A stretch of 24,000 nt of DNA from an uncultured Planctomycetaceae bacterium. GTDB lineage: Bacteria > Planctomycetota > Planctomycetia > Planctomycetales > Planctomycetaceae. The notes below the pieces were generated by a model, which saw nothing but the letters and a program-made list of their open reading frames with translations, made no database searches and was not told the origin of the DNA. The stretch's first letter is position 1; every line of letters starts with the position of its first letter. Position numbers and translations under genes: made by a program. This document shows, in pieces, positions 1-9,463 of this stretch. The stretch spans positions 218,883-242,882 of the forward strand of contig CAVWNP010000007.1 of assembly GCA_963756305.1 (NCBI GenBank). The letters are read 5' to 3'.

Positions 1-121
1 ACAGCCGGTCGCGAAGCCCGGCCCCGCCTGCGTCCAGTCGCCGCCCGACCGGCACCGGCCCCGCTGACGCGCGGAGCGCGAGGCGGAGGCGCTGGCCTTT
101 GCTCGCGAGCATCATCCCGAG

Positions 122-667
122 TTGGCCGCCCTCATCGAAAAGCTCCGGAAGGACAACCGGCGCCAATTTGACCGGGCGCTGCGCGAATTGGCCCAGGATC
201 GCGATCGATTGGTGCGGCTCAAGAAACAAGTGCCGGCGCAATACGACCTGGCTCTGGCGGCCTGGAAGCTCGATTCGCGAGCCCACTTGCTGGCGGCCCG
301 CATGACCATGTCGCAGGACCCGGCACTCGAAGCCGAGTTGAAGCAGGTTCTGCGCGACCGAGTCGACGTGCGGCTCAAACAATTGGAGTCTGAACGCGGG
401 CGGCTGCAGGATCGACTGACGGTCGTCAACAAAACGATCGACAAGATTCAGGCCGACAAAAATGCGGTCGCCGACGGCGATTTGCAGCGGATCAAGCGTT
501 CGATCGCCAAGAATCGGCGTCCGGCTTCGAGAAAGCCGAACGCGAACGAGGCGAGACCCGCACAACCGATCGTCGCGGAACGGCCCCGAGTTCCCGCCGA
601 TAAGTCCGCCGCCTCCGTGACGGCGCCTGCCGATTCAGCCAAGAGCCACAAATCGAAACAAGACTGA
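122..667 (+). CDS. hypothetical coiled-coil protein with a basic Pro/Ala/Lys-rich tail
   Basis: 181-codon ORF with a TTG start at 122; the frame is open back to a TGA at 65-67. It has charged heptad-like text (LRKDNRRQFDRALRELAQDRDRLVRLKK ... LKQLESERGRLQDRL) and no domain I recognise. Text upstream in another frame (..APLTR) reads naturally into AEREAEALAFAREHHPEL. The gene may therefore begin left of the window with a frame break near 65-70. Confidence 0.45.
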   Translation: MAALIEKLRKDNRRQFDRALRELAQDRDRLVRLKKQVPAQYDLALAAWKLDSRAHLLAARMTMSQDPALEAELKQVLRDRVDVRLKQLESERGRLQDRLTVVNKTIDKIQADKNAVADGDLQRIKRSIAKNRRPASRKPNANEARPAQPIVAERPRVPADKSAASVTAPADSAKSHKSKQD

Positions 668-729
668 CCGGTTTTCGGACCGGTCCTGACGGGAAGACAA
701 ACGTTTTGCCTTCGAGAGGGAAAGCAGGA

Positions 730-3700
730 ATGCACGCCCGCCGATTACTTGCCAGATTCGCCATCGCCAGCCTCGTGGGAATCGGTCTTGCGAGCACGAC
801 CGCATTCACCACGAGCGCATTCGCGGTTGAGACGAGCAGTTCCCGAGCGACCGAGCCGAAATCGCCTCAAGCGAAAGCCTTGGACAAGCTGTCGATCCCC
901 AAAGCGACGATCGACGCCGATCTCCCGGCGATTCGTGCCGGCCGACGTCAAGGAAACTCCGTCGTTCCGCCGGCACGTCGTGCCCTTGCTCGGAAAGCTC
1001 GGTTGCAACGGCCGGGCCTGTCACGGGTCGTTCCAGGGACGCGGCGGTTTCCGCCTCTCGCTCTTCGGCTACGACTTCAAGATGGATCACCAGCAACTCC
1101 TGGCCGGCCAAGAGCCGCGCGTCAACCCGAAGAATCCGGACGCGAGCCTGATCCTGCAAAAGCCCACGATGCGGATCCCGCACGAAGGCGGCCTGCGGTA
1201 CAAGCTCGGAAGCTGGGAGCACCACGTGCTGCTTCGCTGGATTCAGGGGGGCGCGATCGGAGTGAAAGACTCCGATCCCAATTTCGTCCGACTCGTCGTC
1301 ACGCCGGCCGAACTGCGTTTTGCCAAGAAGGGCGAACACGTCGCGCTCAAAGCCGTCGCGCAATGGTCGGACGGGACGAACGAAGACGTCACGCCGCTTT
1401 GCCGCTATCAAAGCAACGACGAACAGATTTCCAAGATCGATGCGAACGGCAACGTGACCTCGGGTGAGCCGGGCGATTCACATGTGGTCGTGTTCTACGA
1501 CACGGGCGTTGTTCCGGTCCCCGTGATGCGGCCCGTTTCAGACGTCGTCGGCCCGCGTTATCCCGACGTGCCCGCGCCGACCGAAATCGATCGCCTCGTC
1601 GTCAAGAAGCTCAAGAAGATGGGCATCGTCCCCTCCGAGCTTTGCACCGACACGGAGTTCCTGCGTCGGGCCAGCCTCGACGTCACGGGGACACTGCCGA
1701 CGGCCAAGGAAGTTGCCGCGTTCGTCGCCGACAAATCGCCCGACAAGCGCCGCCGGAAAGTCGATGAGCTGCTCGCGCGGCCGACCTACGCCGCGTGGTG
1801 GACGACCCGGATTTGCGACATCACGGGCAACAACGATCAGGCACTCAACAACGTCACGCTGGTCGATCAATCGGCAAGCCAGGAATGGTACGACTGGGTG
1901 CTGAAGCGCGTGCAGGCCAACATGCCCTACGACAAGATCGTCGAGAACATCGTGCTTGGCGAAGAGCCGCCCGGCGAATCAGTCGTATACCGACTATGCC
2001 GAGGAAATGACCGATCTGTATCGAAAGACGGGCAATCGGCATCATCCGGACCAGCAATACGCCGACCATCCCGGCCTGACGCATTTCTGGGCACGGCGAA
2101 ATATCACGCAGCCGCAGCAAAAGGCACTCAGCTTCGCCTACACGTTCCTGGGAATCCGCATCCAATGCGCGGAGTGCCACAAGCATCCGTTCGACCAGTG
2201 GACGCAGGACGACTACAAGGAATTCACCAAGTTCTTCGTTCCGGTCCGCTTCGGCGTCGATCCGGCCGACCGGCCGCAGTACCAAACGCTCTGATGAGCC
2301 GGCACAGTCGCAGCAAGCAAAAAGACGGGCGACGTCCGTCGTGAGTATCCGCGGCATGCTGGCCGAGGGAAAGACGCTGCCCTTCGAGGAAGTGTTCGTC
2401 GTTCAACAGCCGCCGCGCGGACCGGTCCGAGCGCAGCGGCCGCGTCCGCACAAGCCGGACGATCCCAAATCGGCAGTTGTGAAAACGGGGTCGGTCAAAT
2501 CGCCGGCGACGAAAAAGAATCCGCCTCGACCGAATGCGGTCGCGAAAAAGGAACCGGCCGCCGACGCGAATCGCCGTCCGGTCGTGGCCCAAAAGCCCAA
2601 GCAAAGCCGCAGCCAGTGGCCCGCAAGCGTCCCGCGGCTCCCGATGCAACGGCGCAAATCGCCAAGCTCTTGGGGGCGGAGAAGGTCGATCTCACGCAAT
2701 ATGACGACCCGCGCGTGCCGCTTGATGAAGTGGCTCCGCTCCAAGAACAACCGCTTCTTCGCGAGGGCCTTCGTGAACCGCGTGTGGGCGACCTACTTCA
2801 ACGTGGGGATCGTCAATCCGCCCGACGACCTCAGCCTGGCCAACCCGCCGAGCAACGCGGAACTGCTCGATTACCTCGCCGACGGCTTCGTGAAGCACGG
2901 CTACGACATGAAATGGCTGCACCGCGAAATCGTCAACAGCCGCACGTATCAAATGAGCTGGCGGCCGAACGAAACGAACCGGCTCGATCAACGAAACTTC
3001 AGTCACGCGGTCGTCCGCCGGCTCCCCGCCGAGGTCGCCTATGACGCCATTCGCGAGGCGACCGGCTCGGACGCGACGGTCGCCAAGATGCAGAAAGACT
3101 GGCGCGATCGGGCCATCGGCGTGCCCGGATCGGGTCGTCGCGGCCGCGGCGCGTCGTTCTACGCTCTGAGCGTCTTCGGCCGCTCGGTCCGTCAGAGCAA
3201 TTGCGATTGCGACCGATCCAACGATCCGAGCCTGCTGCAGACCGTCTTCATGCGGAACGACAACGAAGTCCTGGCGATGGTCGGCGACCCGCGCACCGGC
3301 TGGGTGGCCCAGATCGCGAGCGAACTGGCGCCGAAATCACCGGCAGGACGGCCGGCGAAAGCTCCGAAGTCACCCGCGTCACCAGGGCCGGCGACCCATC
3401 CCGCGACGACTCAGGCCAAAGCGAAGTGACGCGTCGTCGAAGCCCGCCGCAGCTCAGGCGGCGCAAAGCCGCTCGCGTGCCGCAACTGTTGCGTCCGGAA
3501 CAAAAAGCCCGGCAGATCGCCCGGCTCAACGAACGCATTCGGCAGATTGCAGAAGGACGGCAAGACCGATGTCGTGAAGCGATTGACGGCTCAATTGGAA
3601 GAGCTCAAGCGGCGTCCCGTTTCGGCCGCGGCCGATCCACGAAACCGGGCCGTCGCCGCGCGGCTCGCAAGTTACTCCCAAGCAATTGACGAGCGACAAG

Positions 3701-3871
3701 AAATCGCAACTGGTGAAGACGGCCTATCTGCGAACGCTCAATCGCTATCCGGACGACCACGAGCAGACCCAGGCGCTCGCCTACCTGAACGACTCGACCA
3801 ACGTCGCCTCAGGTCTGCGCGATTTGCTCTGGGCCCTCGTGAATACCGAAGAATTCATCGTCAATCATTAA
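730..3871 (+). pseudogene. DUF1549/DUF1553 (PSD1, planctomycete cytochrome-c-like) domain protein, reading frame broken about 8 times
   Basis: Signal-peptide start MHARRLLARFAIASLVGIGLAS at ATG 730. Family hallmarks appear in successive local frames: LLGKLGCNGRACHGSFQGRGGFRLSLFGYD; an Ig-like segment; the DUF1549 block IDRLVVKKLKKMGIVPSELCTDTEFLRRASLDVTGTLPTAKEV; IQCAECHKHPFDQW (CxxCH); the DUF1553 block NNRFFARAFVNRVWATYFNVGIVNPPDDL; and the family-typical end LLWALVNTEEFIVNH with stop 3869-3871. The frame must change near 905-940, 1955, 2290, 2610, 2725, 3425, 3545 and 3680. Track ORFs 706.., 749..2344, 1956..2294, 2341..3429, 2616.., 3201.., 3547.. and 3686..3871 are fragments of this one gene. 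Confidence 0.8.
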
Positions 3872-3929
3872 ACCCGCACTGAGCTTCCCCACCGCTTAAG
3901 CAAGGCTTTGCCCTCAAGGAACTTGAATC

Positions 3930-5328
3930 ATGGCGATCAATTGGACATGTGACGGCGTGAAACGGCGCGACTTCCTCAAGGTCGGCGCGCTGGGAACCGG
4001 ACTGACGTTGTCGGGTTATCTGCGCTGGGCCGCCGCGGCCGAAAAGGCCACCGGCGCGAAGCCCAAGGCAAAGGCCAAGTCGGCCATCTTCATCAATCTG
4101 GGCGGCGGTCCATCGCATACGGACACGTTCGATCTCAAGCCGAAGGCGCCCTCGGAATACCGCGGCTCGTTCCAGCCAATCAACACGAACGTCGGCGGCA
4201 TTCAGATTTGCGAGCACATGCCCAAATTGGCCGCCAATTTTCAGCACTTCGCCCTGTTGCGAAGCGTGACGCACACGCTGGCCGCGCACGAGCTGGGGAC
4301 GCAGTACGTGATCACGGGCAACAAGCCGATCGCGTCGCTCGATTATCCGAGCTACGGTTCGGTCGTGAGCAAGGAACTCAAAGGCGCCGCCCGATCTGCC
4401 GCCGTTCGTGGCGATTCCCAATTCGCCGATGGGCACGGGCTTTTTGGGAGTGCAATATTCGGCCCTCAGCACCAGCTCCGTGCCGCGGCCGGGACAGCCC
4501 TACGGCGTCCGCGGAATTTCGCTCGGCAACGGCATCACCGTGGCCGACGTGGAAAGCCGCCAGCACTTGCTCTCCGATCTCGACACGACGTTCCGCAAGG
4601 TCGAGATGGACAGCCGCCTTTTGGACGGCCTCGATCGCTTCGGCCACGAGGCGTACCAGATCATCACGTCTCGCCGAGCGCGAACGGCCTTCGACGTCAG
4701 CAAGGAATCGCCCTCGTTTGCCGCGCCCTACGGCAAGACACCGTTCGGCATGAGCTGCCTGTTGGCGACACGGCTGGTCGAGGCCGGCGTGCGGTTCGTC
4801 ACGATTGCCTACGGCGGTTGGGACACGCACTTCGAGAACTGGAAGGCACTGCAGAACAAACAGTTGCCGCCTTTGGACGAAGGCCTGGCCGCGTTGGTCA
4901 ACGGTCTCAAGTCCAAGGGGCTCTTGGATTCGACCGCCATCATGATGACGGGCGAGTTCGGCCGTACGCCCAAGATCAACCCGATCCGCAACGGCCGCGA
5001 CCACTATCCGCGGGCCATGTTCATGATGATGGCCGGCGGCGGCATCCGCGGTGGCCAGGTGATCGGCGCGACCGACGACAAGGGCATGGAGCCGACGCGC
5101 GACGCGCATGCTCCGGACGACGTGGCCGCCACGTTTTACCGATCCCTGGGAATCGACCAGACCAAGGAATACCACACCAACACGGGACGGCCCGTGATGA
5201 TCGTCCGCAACGGTGAACCGATCGACTGCGCTGACTGTCGCCTAAGAGCTCGTGCTTGCCTAAAGACGTCGCCGTCTTTCCCGTCGGCCCATCCCCGACG
5301 CAAGCACGCGGCCCCCGGATTCGATTGA
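3930..5328 (+). pseudogene. DUF1501 domain protein (sulfatase-like, Tat signal), frameshifted
   Basis: Tat-type signal VKRRDFLKVGALGTG, then INLGGGPSHTDTFDLKP, GGWDTHFENW, MTGEFGRTPKIN and GRDHYPRAMFMMMAGGGIRGG. Frame 0 (3930..) switches to frame 1 (track ORF 4408..5328) at the ccc run 4390-4392. Removing one C gives KELKGAADLPPFVAIPN. The tail after NGEPID (about 5227 onward) is Arg/Cys/Pro junk. Dropping one base there would end the protein as ..GEPIDALTVA at TAA 5243-5245. Confidence 0.8.
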
Positions 5329-5348
5329 TAGGATTCCGGGGGCCGCGT
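5306..5348 (+). terminator. GC-rich hairpin downstream of the DUF1501 gene (candidate terminator, no U tract)
   Basis: Perfect 14-bp stem, 5306-5319 (acgcggcccccgga) pairing with 5335-5348 (tccgggggccgcgt), with a 15-nt loop. It is followed by GC-rich sequence rather than a T run, so it is not a canonical intrinsic terminator. Confidence 0.3.
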
Positions 5349-5390
5349 CGCGCGCGGGTGCCGGCGCCCGCCGGTTGCGAGATCCGGTCC

Positions 5391-5420
5391 TTGCGATTGA
5401 AATTTCGCGGGCGATATAAT
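5391..5420 (+). promoter_or_regulatory. sigma70-like promoter candidate for the DUF151 nuclease gene
   Basis: TTGCGA (5391-5396), an 18-nt spacer, then a perfect TATAAT (5415-5420). It lies about 60-75 nt upstream of the GTG 5482 / ATG 5494 starts. A perfect TATAAT is conspicuous in this GC-rich DNA. This is sequence match only. Confidence 0.35.
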
Positions 5421-5481
5421 CGTGCCGATCGACTCTTGATTCAAGACGCAAATCGTCTCGTCTTCCGGCGGAGAAATTCCG

Positions 5482-5880
5482 GTGCTCGTGCGGATGGAGT
5501 TGGCCCGAATCGTGATCAGCGATGTCAGCAACGAGCAGATCATCTACCTGCGCGAAGTCGACGGATCGCGGATGTTTCCCATCCTGATCGGTCTCTTCGA
5601 GGCCACGAGCATCGACCGCCGCGTGAAGGGCGAGATTCCGACGCGGCCGCTGACTCACGACCTGCTCAAGAACACCATCCAGGAGTTGGGTGGCGAAGTG
5701 CAGGACGTGGTCATCAATAATCTGATGGACCATACGTATTATGCCGTGGTCCGCGTCCGCGCGAACGGCCAGGTGACGGAGATCGACAGCCGTCCGAGCG
5801 ACGCGATCGCCCTGTCGGTCCATTTCGACCCCGTTTTGCCCATATATGTCGAAGACTCGGTGCTCGGCGAAGTCGCCTGA
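5482..5880 (+). CDS. bifunctional nuclease family protein (DUF151/BFN)
   Basis: Intact ORF with text typical of the DUF151 family: (MLVR)MELARIVISDVSNEQIIYLREVDGSRMFPILIGLFEATSIDRRVKG..RPLTHDLLKNTIQELGG..YYAVVRV...IDSRPSDAIALSV. The start is either GTG 5482 or ATG 5494. Confidence 0.8.
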   Translation: MLVRMELARIVISDVSNEQIIYLREVDGSRMFPILIGLFEATSIDRRVKGEIPTRPLTHDLLKNTIQELGGEVQDVVINNLMDHTYYAVVRVRANGQVTEIDSRPSDAIALSVHFDPVLPIYVEDSVLGEVA

Positions 5881-5946
5881 CGCACCGTCTTCGTGTGGGA
5901 ACCCGGTCCCCGTCGTCACTGGCTCAATCCTTGTGCGCGGCCGGTT

Positions 5947-6018
5947 GCGCGGGTTAGCTCATGGGTAGAGCGCCGTTCTTATAAAGCGGCGAACCGGATT
6001 CGAACGCCGGACCTCGCA
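5947..6018 (+). tRNA. tRNA, anticodon UAU (Ile-type), with a bulged acceptor stem and an imperfect T stem
   Basis: Cloverleaf folded by eye. Acceptor GCG(C)GGGT 5947-5954 pairs with ACCTCGC 6011-6017: 7 pairs including one G.U, with C5950 bulged. Then T8 A9 and D arm GCTC-ATGGGTA-GAGC. The anticodon arm is CCGTT-CTTATAA-AGCGG (T33, anticodon TAT 5980-5982, A37). The variable loop is 4 nt. The T arm is CCGGA-TTCGAAC-GCCGG (4 bp plus an A.G pair). The discriminator is A6018 and no CCA is encoded. Confidence 0.6.
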
Positions 6019-6041
6019 ATTCACGTCAATTGACCAGAGTG

Positions 6042-7261
6042 CTAAGGCTTTCGGCGGGCAAGCGTCCGCATCACTGCGGTGCACGCTTTTTGAACCTGGT
6101 CGCCCCCTTGGTTCGTCGCCACGAGGAGGGCCACGTTGTGCGCGGGATGGAGGCGATGCCGGCCATCCAGAAGCCGTTGCTGCCAAAGTGTTCGAGCGTC
6201 GTTTCACCCGTTTTCGCGTCTTTGCGCACGCTCCATCCCATCGCGTAGCGCGGTCCGCGCGGAGCCATCGCCTCGCCAAACGGCGTGTGCAGCCGGCGGA
6301 TGGATTCAACCGACAGGAGCGGCTTCGACGATGCGGGGGCGATCCAGAGTTCGCCGCGCTCGCCGGCCAAATGCAGCGAAGCGTACTTCGCCCAGTCGCG
6401 TAACGAAACATGCACCGTTCCTGCCGGGCCGAAGCAGGCCGGATTGTCGGCGGCCCAACTCGGCGGCTCGGGAATGCCGTTGTCGTCGTGCCCACACGGC
6501 TGGATCGCAGCCTCCGATTTGACGGTTCTTGAATCGCTCTTTTTCGCCGGCTTCGACGTCGGCAGTCCGGGCGGTCCGTAACCGGCGCTCGTCATGCCGA
6601 GCGGTCGAAACAGTCGTTCCTGCATCAGATCTTCCCACGGCTTTCCCGCCACAGTTTCCTCCATGGTGCCGGCGATGATGAAGCCCGCATTCGAATACAG
6701 GAAGGCTTGACCCGGTTCCTTATCGGGCGGCTTGCGCAACAACGCCTGGCAGACGTCGTGACGCTCTTTCTTCGGAGAACCGGAAAAGGCACGCACCAGG
6801 AGCAGGCCGAACATGTCGGGATTTGCCCGAACGCCAGCTCGATGCGTTAGCAACTCTTCGAGGGTGACCCGCTTCCATTCCGGATCGATTTTGGTGAGTC
6901 CGGCCTTCGGCAGAATCTCGGCCGGCGTGCTCGACCACCGCAGCTTGCCCTCCTCGACCAGCATGGCCGCCACCGTCGCCGTCATGCTTTTGGTGTCGGA
7001 ACCGATATGAAAGAGATCGTCGACGGCAATCTTTTCGGCAGTTCCTCGGCAGCGGATGCCGGCGACGCCAATCGCCGTCACGCGACCTCCTTCGACGACC
7101 GCCGCGGCCATTCCGGGCAACTTGAATTTCTCGACACTGGCAGCGAGGAGCGGCGACAAATCATCGACTTTGTCCGCAGCAAACTCGCCAGACCCGAATG
7201 CAGGTGCAACGAGGAAGAGTAATACGATGGCAAACTTGGTCACGGCGCTGCGAGGGAACAA
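6042..7261 (-). CDS. secreted serine hydrolase, beta-lactamase/transpeptidase-like fold (class C-like); one frameshift near the 3' end
   Basis: Track ORF 6071..7321. Motifs are SxxK (HIGSDTKSMT), YSN (LYSNAGF) and HFGSNG. The likely start is TTG 7261, 8 nt after GGAGG (7274-7270), giving the signal peptide MFPRSAVTKFAIVLLFLVAPAFG. The track C-terminus (..IPRTTWPSSWRRTKG..) is junk. Shifting one base at the ggg run 6144-6146 gives ..IPAHNVALLVATNQGGDQVQKACTAVMRTLARRKP with stop 6044-6042. Confidence 0.75.
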
Positions 7262-7360
7262 TCGCGCATCCTCCAATCGGTGCCAGGGTGGACTGAGTCG
7301 ACGCGACTGACGCGAACGCAAAAGCCGGTCGAATCTCGTCGCCTCGAGCTATCAATTGTT

Positions 7361-8818
7361 TTACGGCAGGAAGCGCGTCAAAAACCAGCCCGCGCCACAG
7401 CCGGCGCCGATCAGCACGAAGACGAGCAGTTCCCGATGAAGTTTCACGATTTTGGCCCGCCATAGCCGCCAATACAGAACGGCCAGGACGGGCGTTTCTG
7501 AAAAAGCCACCGCCCAGATCACTCCGGTCAATCCCCAGAAGTGCCAGCCGATGGGGACCGTCGCCACGACCCAAACGGTCCGTACGGCCAGGGCGCTGGC
7601 GATGCTCCGCAGCGCCTCGATGGCCGTGCAGCAACTACTGAGGGGATTATAAAGGCACTTCATGGCGGTGCGGATGCACAGAATTTGAAACATCCATCCC
7701 GCCTCCCAGAAGGCGGGCGACTTGTACAGGATCAATTTGACGATCCCGCTGCCGGCGATCATGGCCACGCCGAGCGGCGGCAAATGCAACAAGTCGATCC
7801 GCAGCCGTGTGCGGTAGAAAATGCGGCTCAAATCCCACGGGCGATCACGAAACGTTTTGGCGTAGAGCGGATAGAGCACCTGTTGGGAGAGCCGCATATT
7901 CAAGGTCGTGAGCGGTTCCGCCAGATTGATCGCCAACCCGTAGACGCCGACCTTGCCGATGTCGATATAGTAAGCCAGGAACAGCACGTCCATCTGACGG
8001 GCGATGAACGAAAGCACGCTGCTGACAAAGACCCATTTGCCGAAGTGATATTGGGCCCGGGCGCACTCGCGATCCCATTGGAAGCGGCTCTTGGGACCCG
8101 GAAGCGCCATGTGCGAAAGGGCGAGCACGACGATGCAGCCCATGATCGCGCCGGCAGGAAAGGCCCAGACAGTCGGGCTCATCCAAGCCCACGAGATCGT
8201 CACCAAGAGCGCCGTGAGCTGACGCAAGAATTCGAGTGCCGTGATACGAAAGAGCAGCATGTGGCGCGAGCACCAATGCACGGCCGCGGCGTCGAAGCTG
8301 TCAAGCAGCACGGTCAACCCGACAACGGGAATCAGAAACCACAAAATCGGCTGACTGTAGAACCAGGCATAAGGGATCGCCAGCAGGCACGCAGCCAGCC
8401 ACAGCCCCACTCCCCGCACCACCTGCATCGTCCAGGCCGTGTTGAGGAAGATCGGCTCGTCGCCCCGCGGATCACGGATGACGGCTGGACCGGATCCGAT
8501 CGCCGTAAAAAAGCTCAGCCCTTCGAGAAAGACGTTCGCCAATCGATAGAGCCCGTAGGCTTCACGATTTAACAGCCGCGTGAGCACGACGCTGCTGACC
8601 AGTCGCAGCGCCTGTGCCCCGCCAAAGCCGGCCAAGGTGATGAGCGACCCGCGAACGACGAGGCCCTTCAACGCCTGTCGCGGCGGCTCGACTCGGCCGC
8701 CGACCTCGGCACTCGGAATGCCGGTCGATTCGGGCACGGCGGAGCTTGCCGCCTGTTGATCGCCTCCGTTGTCGAATGCGTCGAGCTCGGGCGAACTGGA
8801 TGCGGGGGAGGCGGTCAT
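7361..8818 (-). CDS. polysaccharide biosynthesis protein / oligosaccharide flippase (Wzx, MOP superfamily)
   Basis: Intact 485-codon ORF with ATG at 8818. It has a polar N-terminal tail, then uninterrupted polytopic hydrophobic sequence with Polysacc_synt-like text (GSLITLAGFGGAQALRLVSSVVLTRLL..., ..VGVYGLAINLAEPL..). The family call rests on overall resemblance, not on a diagnostic motif. Confidence 0.65.
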   Translation of the reverse strand: MTASPASSSPELDAFDNGGDQQAASSAVPESTGIPSAEVGGRVEPPRQALKGLVVRGSLITLAGFGGAQALRLVSSVVLTRLLNREAYGLYRLANVFLEGLSFFTAIGSGPAVIRDPRGDEPIFLNTAWTMQVVRGVGLWLAACLLAIPYAWFYSQPILWFLIPVVGLTVLLDSFDAAAVHWCSRHMLLFRITALEFLRQLTALLVTISWAWMSPTVWAFPAGAIMGCIVVLALSHMALPGPKSRFQWDRECARAQYHFGKWVFVSSVLSFIARQMDVLFLAYYIDIGKVGVYGLAINLAEPLTTLNMRLSQQVLYPLYAKTFRDRPWDLSRIFYRTRLRIDLLHLPPLGVAMIAGSGIVKLILYKSPAFWEAGWMFQILCIRTAMKCLYNPLSSCCTAIEALRSIASALAVRTVWVVATVPIGWHFWGLTGVIWAVAFSETPVLAVLYWRLWRAKIVKLHRELLVFVLIGAGCGAGWFLTRFLP

Positions 8819-8948
8819 GGCGCGCTGAAATTATCTGCCGAACACGGAGCCGTCCAGTCCGACGGCTGTGCGCAGCTTCATTGAACTCGTACAACTTCGC
8901 GCCAATACTTCCCGTAAACCTCGCTGGGAATTCAGGCGCCGCGAAAAT

Positions 8949-9431
8949 ATGAAAATTCTTTTTCTGCACGGTTGGAATTCGGTTCCCGGCGGCGTCAAAC
9001 CGAGTTATCTCGCTCAACACGGCCACGAAATATTGAACCCCGCCTTGCCCGACGAGGACTTCGACGAGGCGGTGCGGATTGCGCAGACCGAGTTTGACCG
9101 ACATCAGCCGCACGTGATCGTTGGATCCTCTCGCGGCGGCGCGGTGGCCATGAATGTTCGATCGGGAACCACGCCTCTCGTTCTGCTTTGTCCCGCCTGG
9201 AAGAGGTGGGGGACGGTCACAAAGGTCAAACCACAAACGGTCATCCTGCATTCGCGGGCCGACGATGTGATCCCGTTCGTTGAGAGTGTCGAACTCATCA
9301 AGTCGAGCGGTTTGCCGCCAACTGCGCTCATCGAGGTCGGCACCGATCATCGCCTGGCCGAGCCCGAGCCGCTCAAGGCCATGTTGGCCGCATGCGAGCG
9401 CGCTCTGCAAATGCGCGAGTTTGCTGGTTGA
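8949..9431 (+). CDS. small alpha/beta hydrolase (YqiA/UPF0227-like esterase)
   Basis: MKILFLHGWNS start at ATG 8949. The track ORF begins further upstream at 8868, which is unlikely. It has a nucleophile elbow GSSRG, a later HSRADDV, and DH near the C-terminus: a minimal Ser-Asp-His hydrolase layout. Confidence 0.7.
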   Translation: MKILFLHGWNSVPGGVKPSYLAQHGHEILNPALPDEDFDEAVRIAQTEFDRHQPHVIVGSSRGGAVAMNVRSGTTPLVLLCPAWKRWGTVTKVKPQTVILHSRADDVIPFVESVELIKSSGLPPTALIEVGTDHRLAEPEPLKAMLAACERALQMREFAG

Positions 9432-9463
9432 ACTCCGAACGCTTGTGGGCTGAAATCCGGCAA

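Noticed and set aside
730-3871. Programmed ribosomal frameshifting or recoding as the explanation for the multi-frame PSD1 gene.
   Set aside because: Eight shifts occur in both directions within one gene. There are no slippery heptamers or downstream stimulatory structures at the junctions I inspected, and the same phenomenon occurs in six unrelated genes. Indels (error or mutation) explain this far more simply.
5985-6060. A minus-strand tRNA, suggested by GGATTCGAAC (reverse complement GTTCGAATCC, a canonical T-loop) and a perfect 5-bp hairpin CAATT-CACGTCA-AATTG at 6017-6033.
   Set aside because: On the minus strand no acceptor stem or D arm can be formed, the T stem fails, and the hairpin loop lacks U33. 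TTCGAA is self-complementary, so the T-loop reads on both strands. The plus-strand fold (5947-6018) gives a complete cloverleaf.
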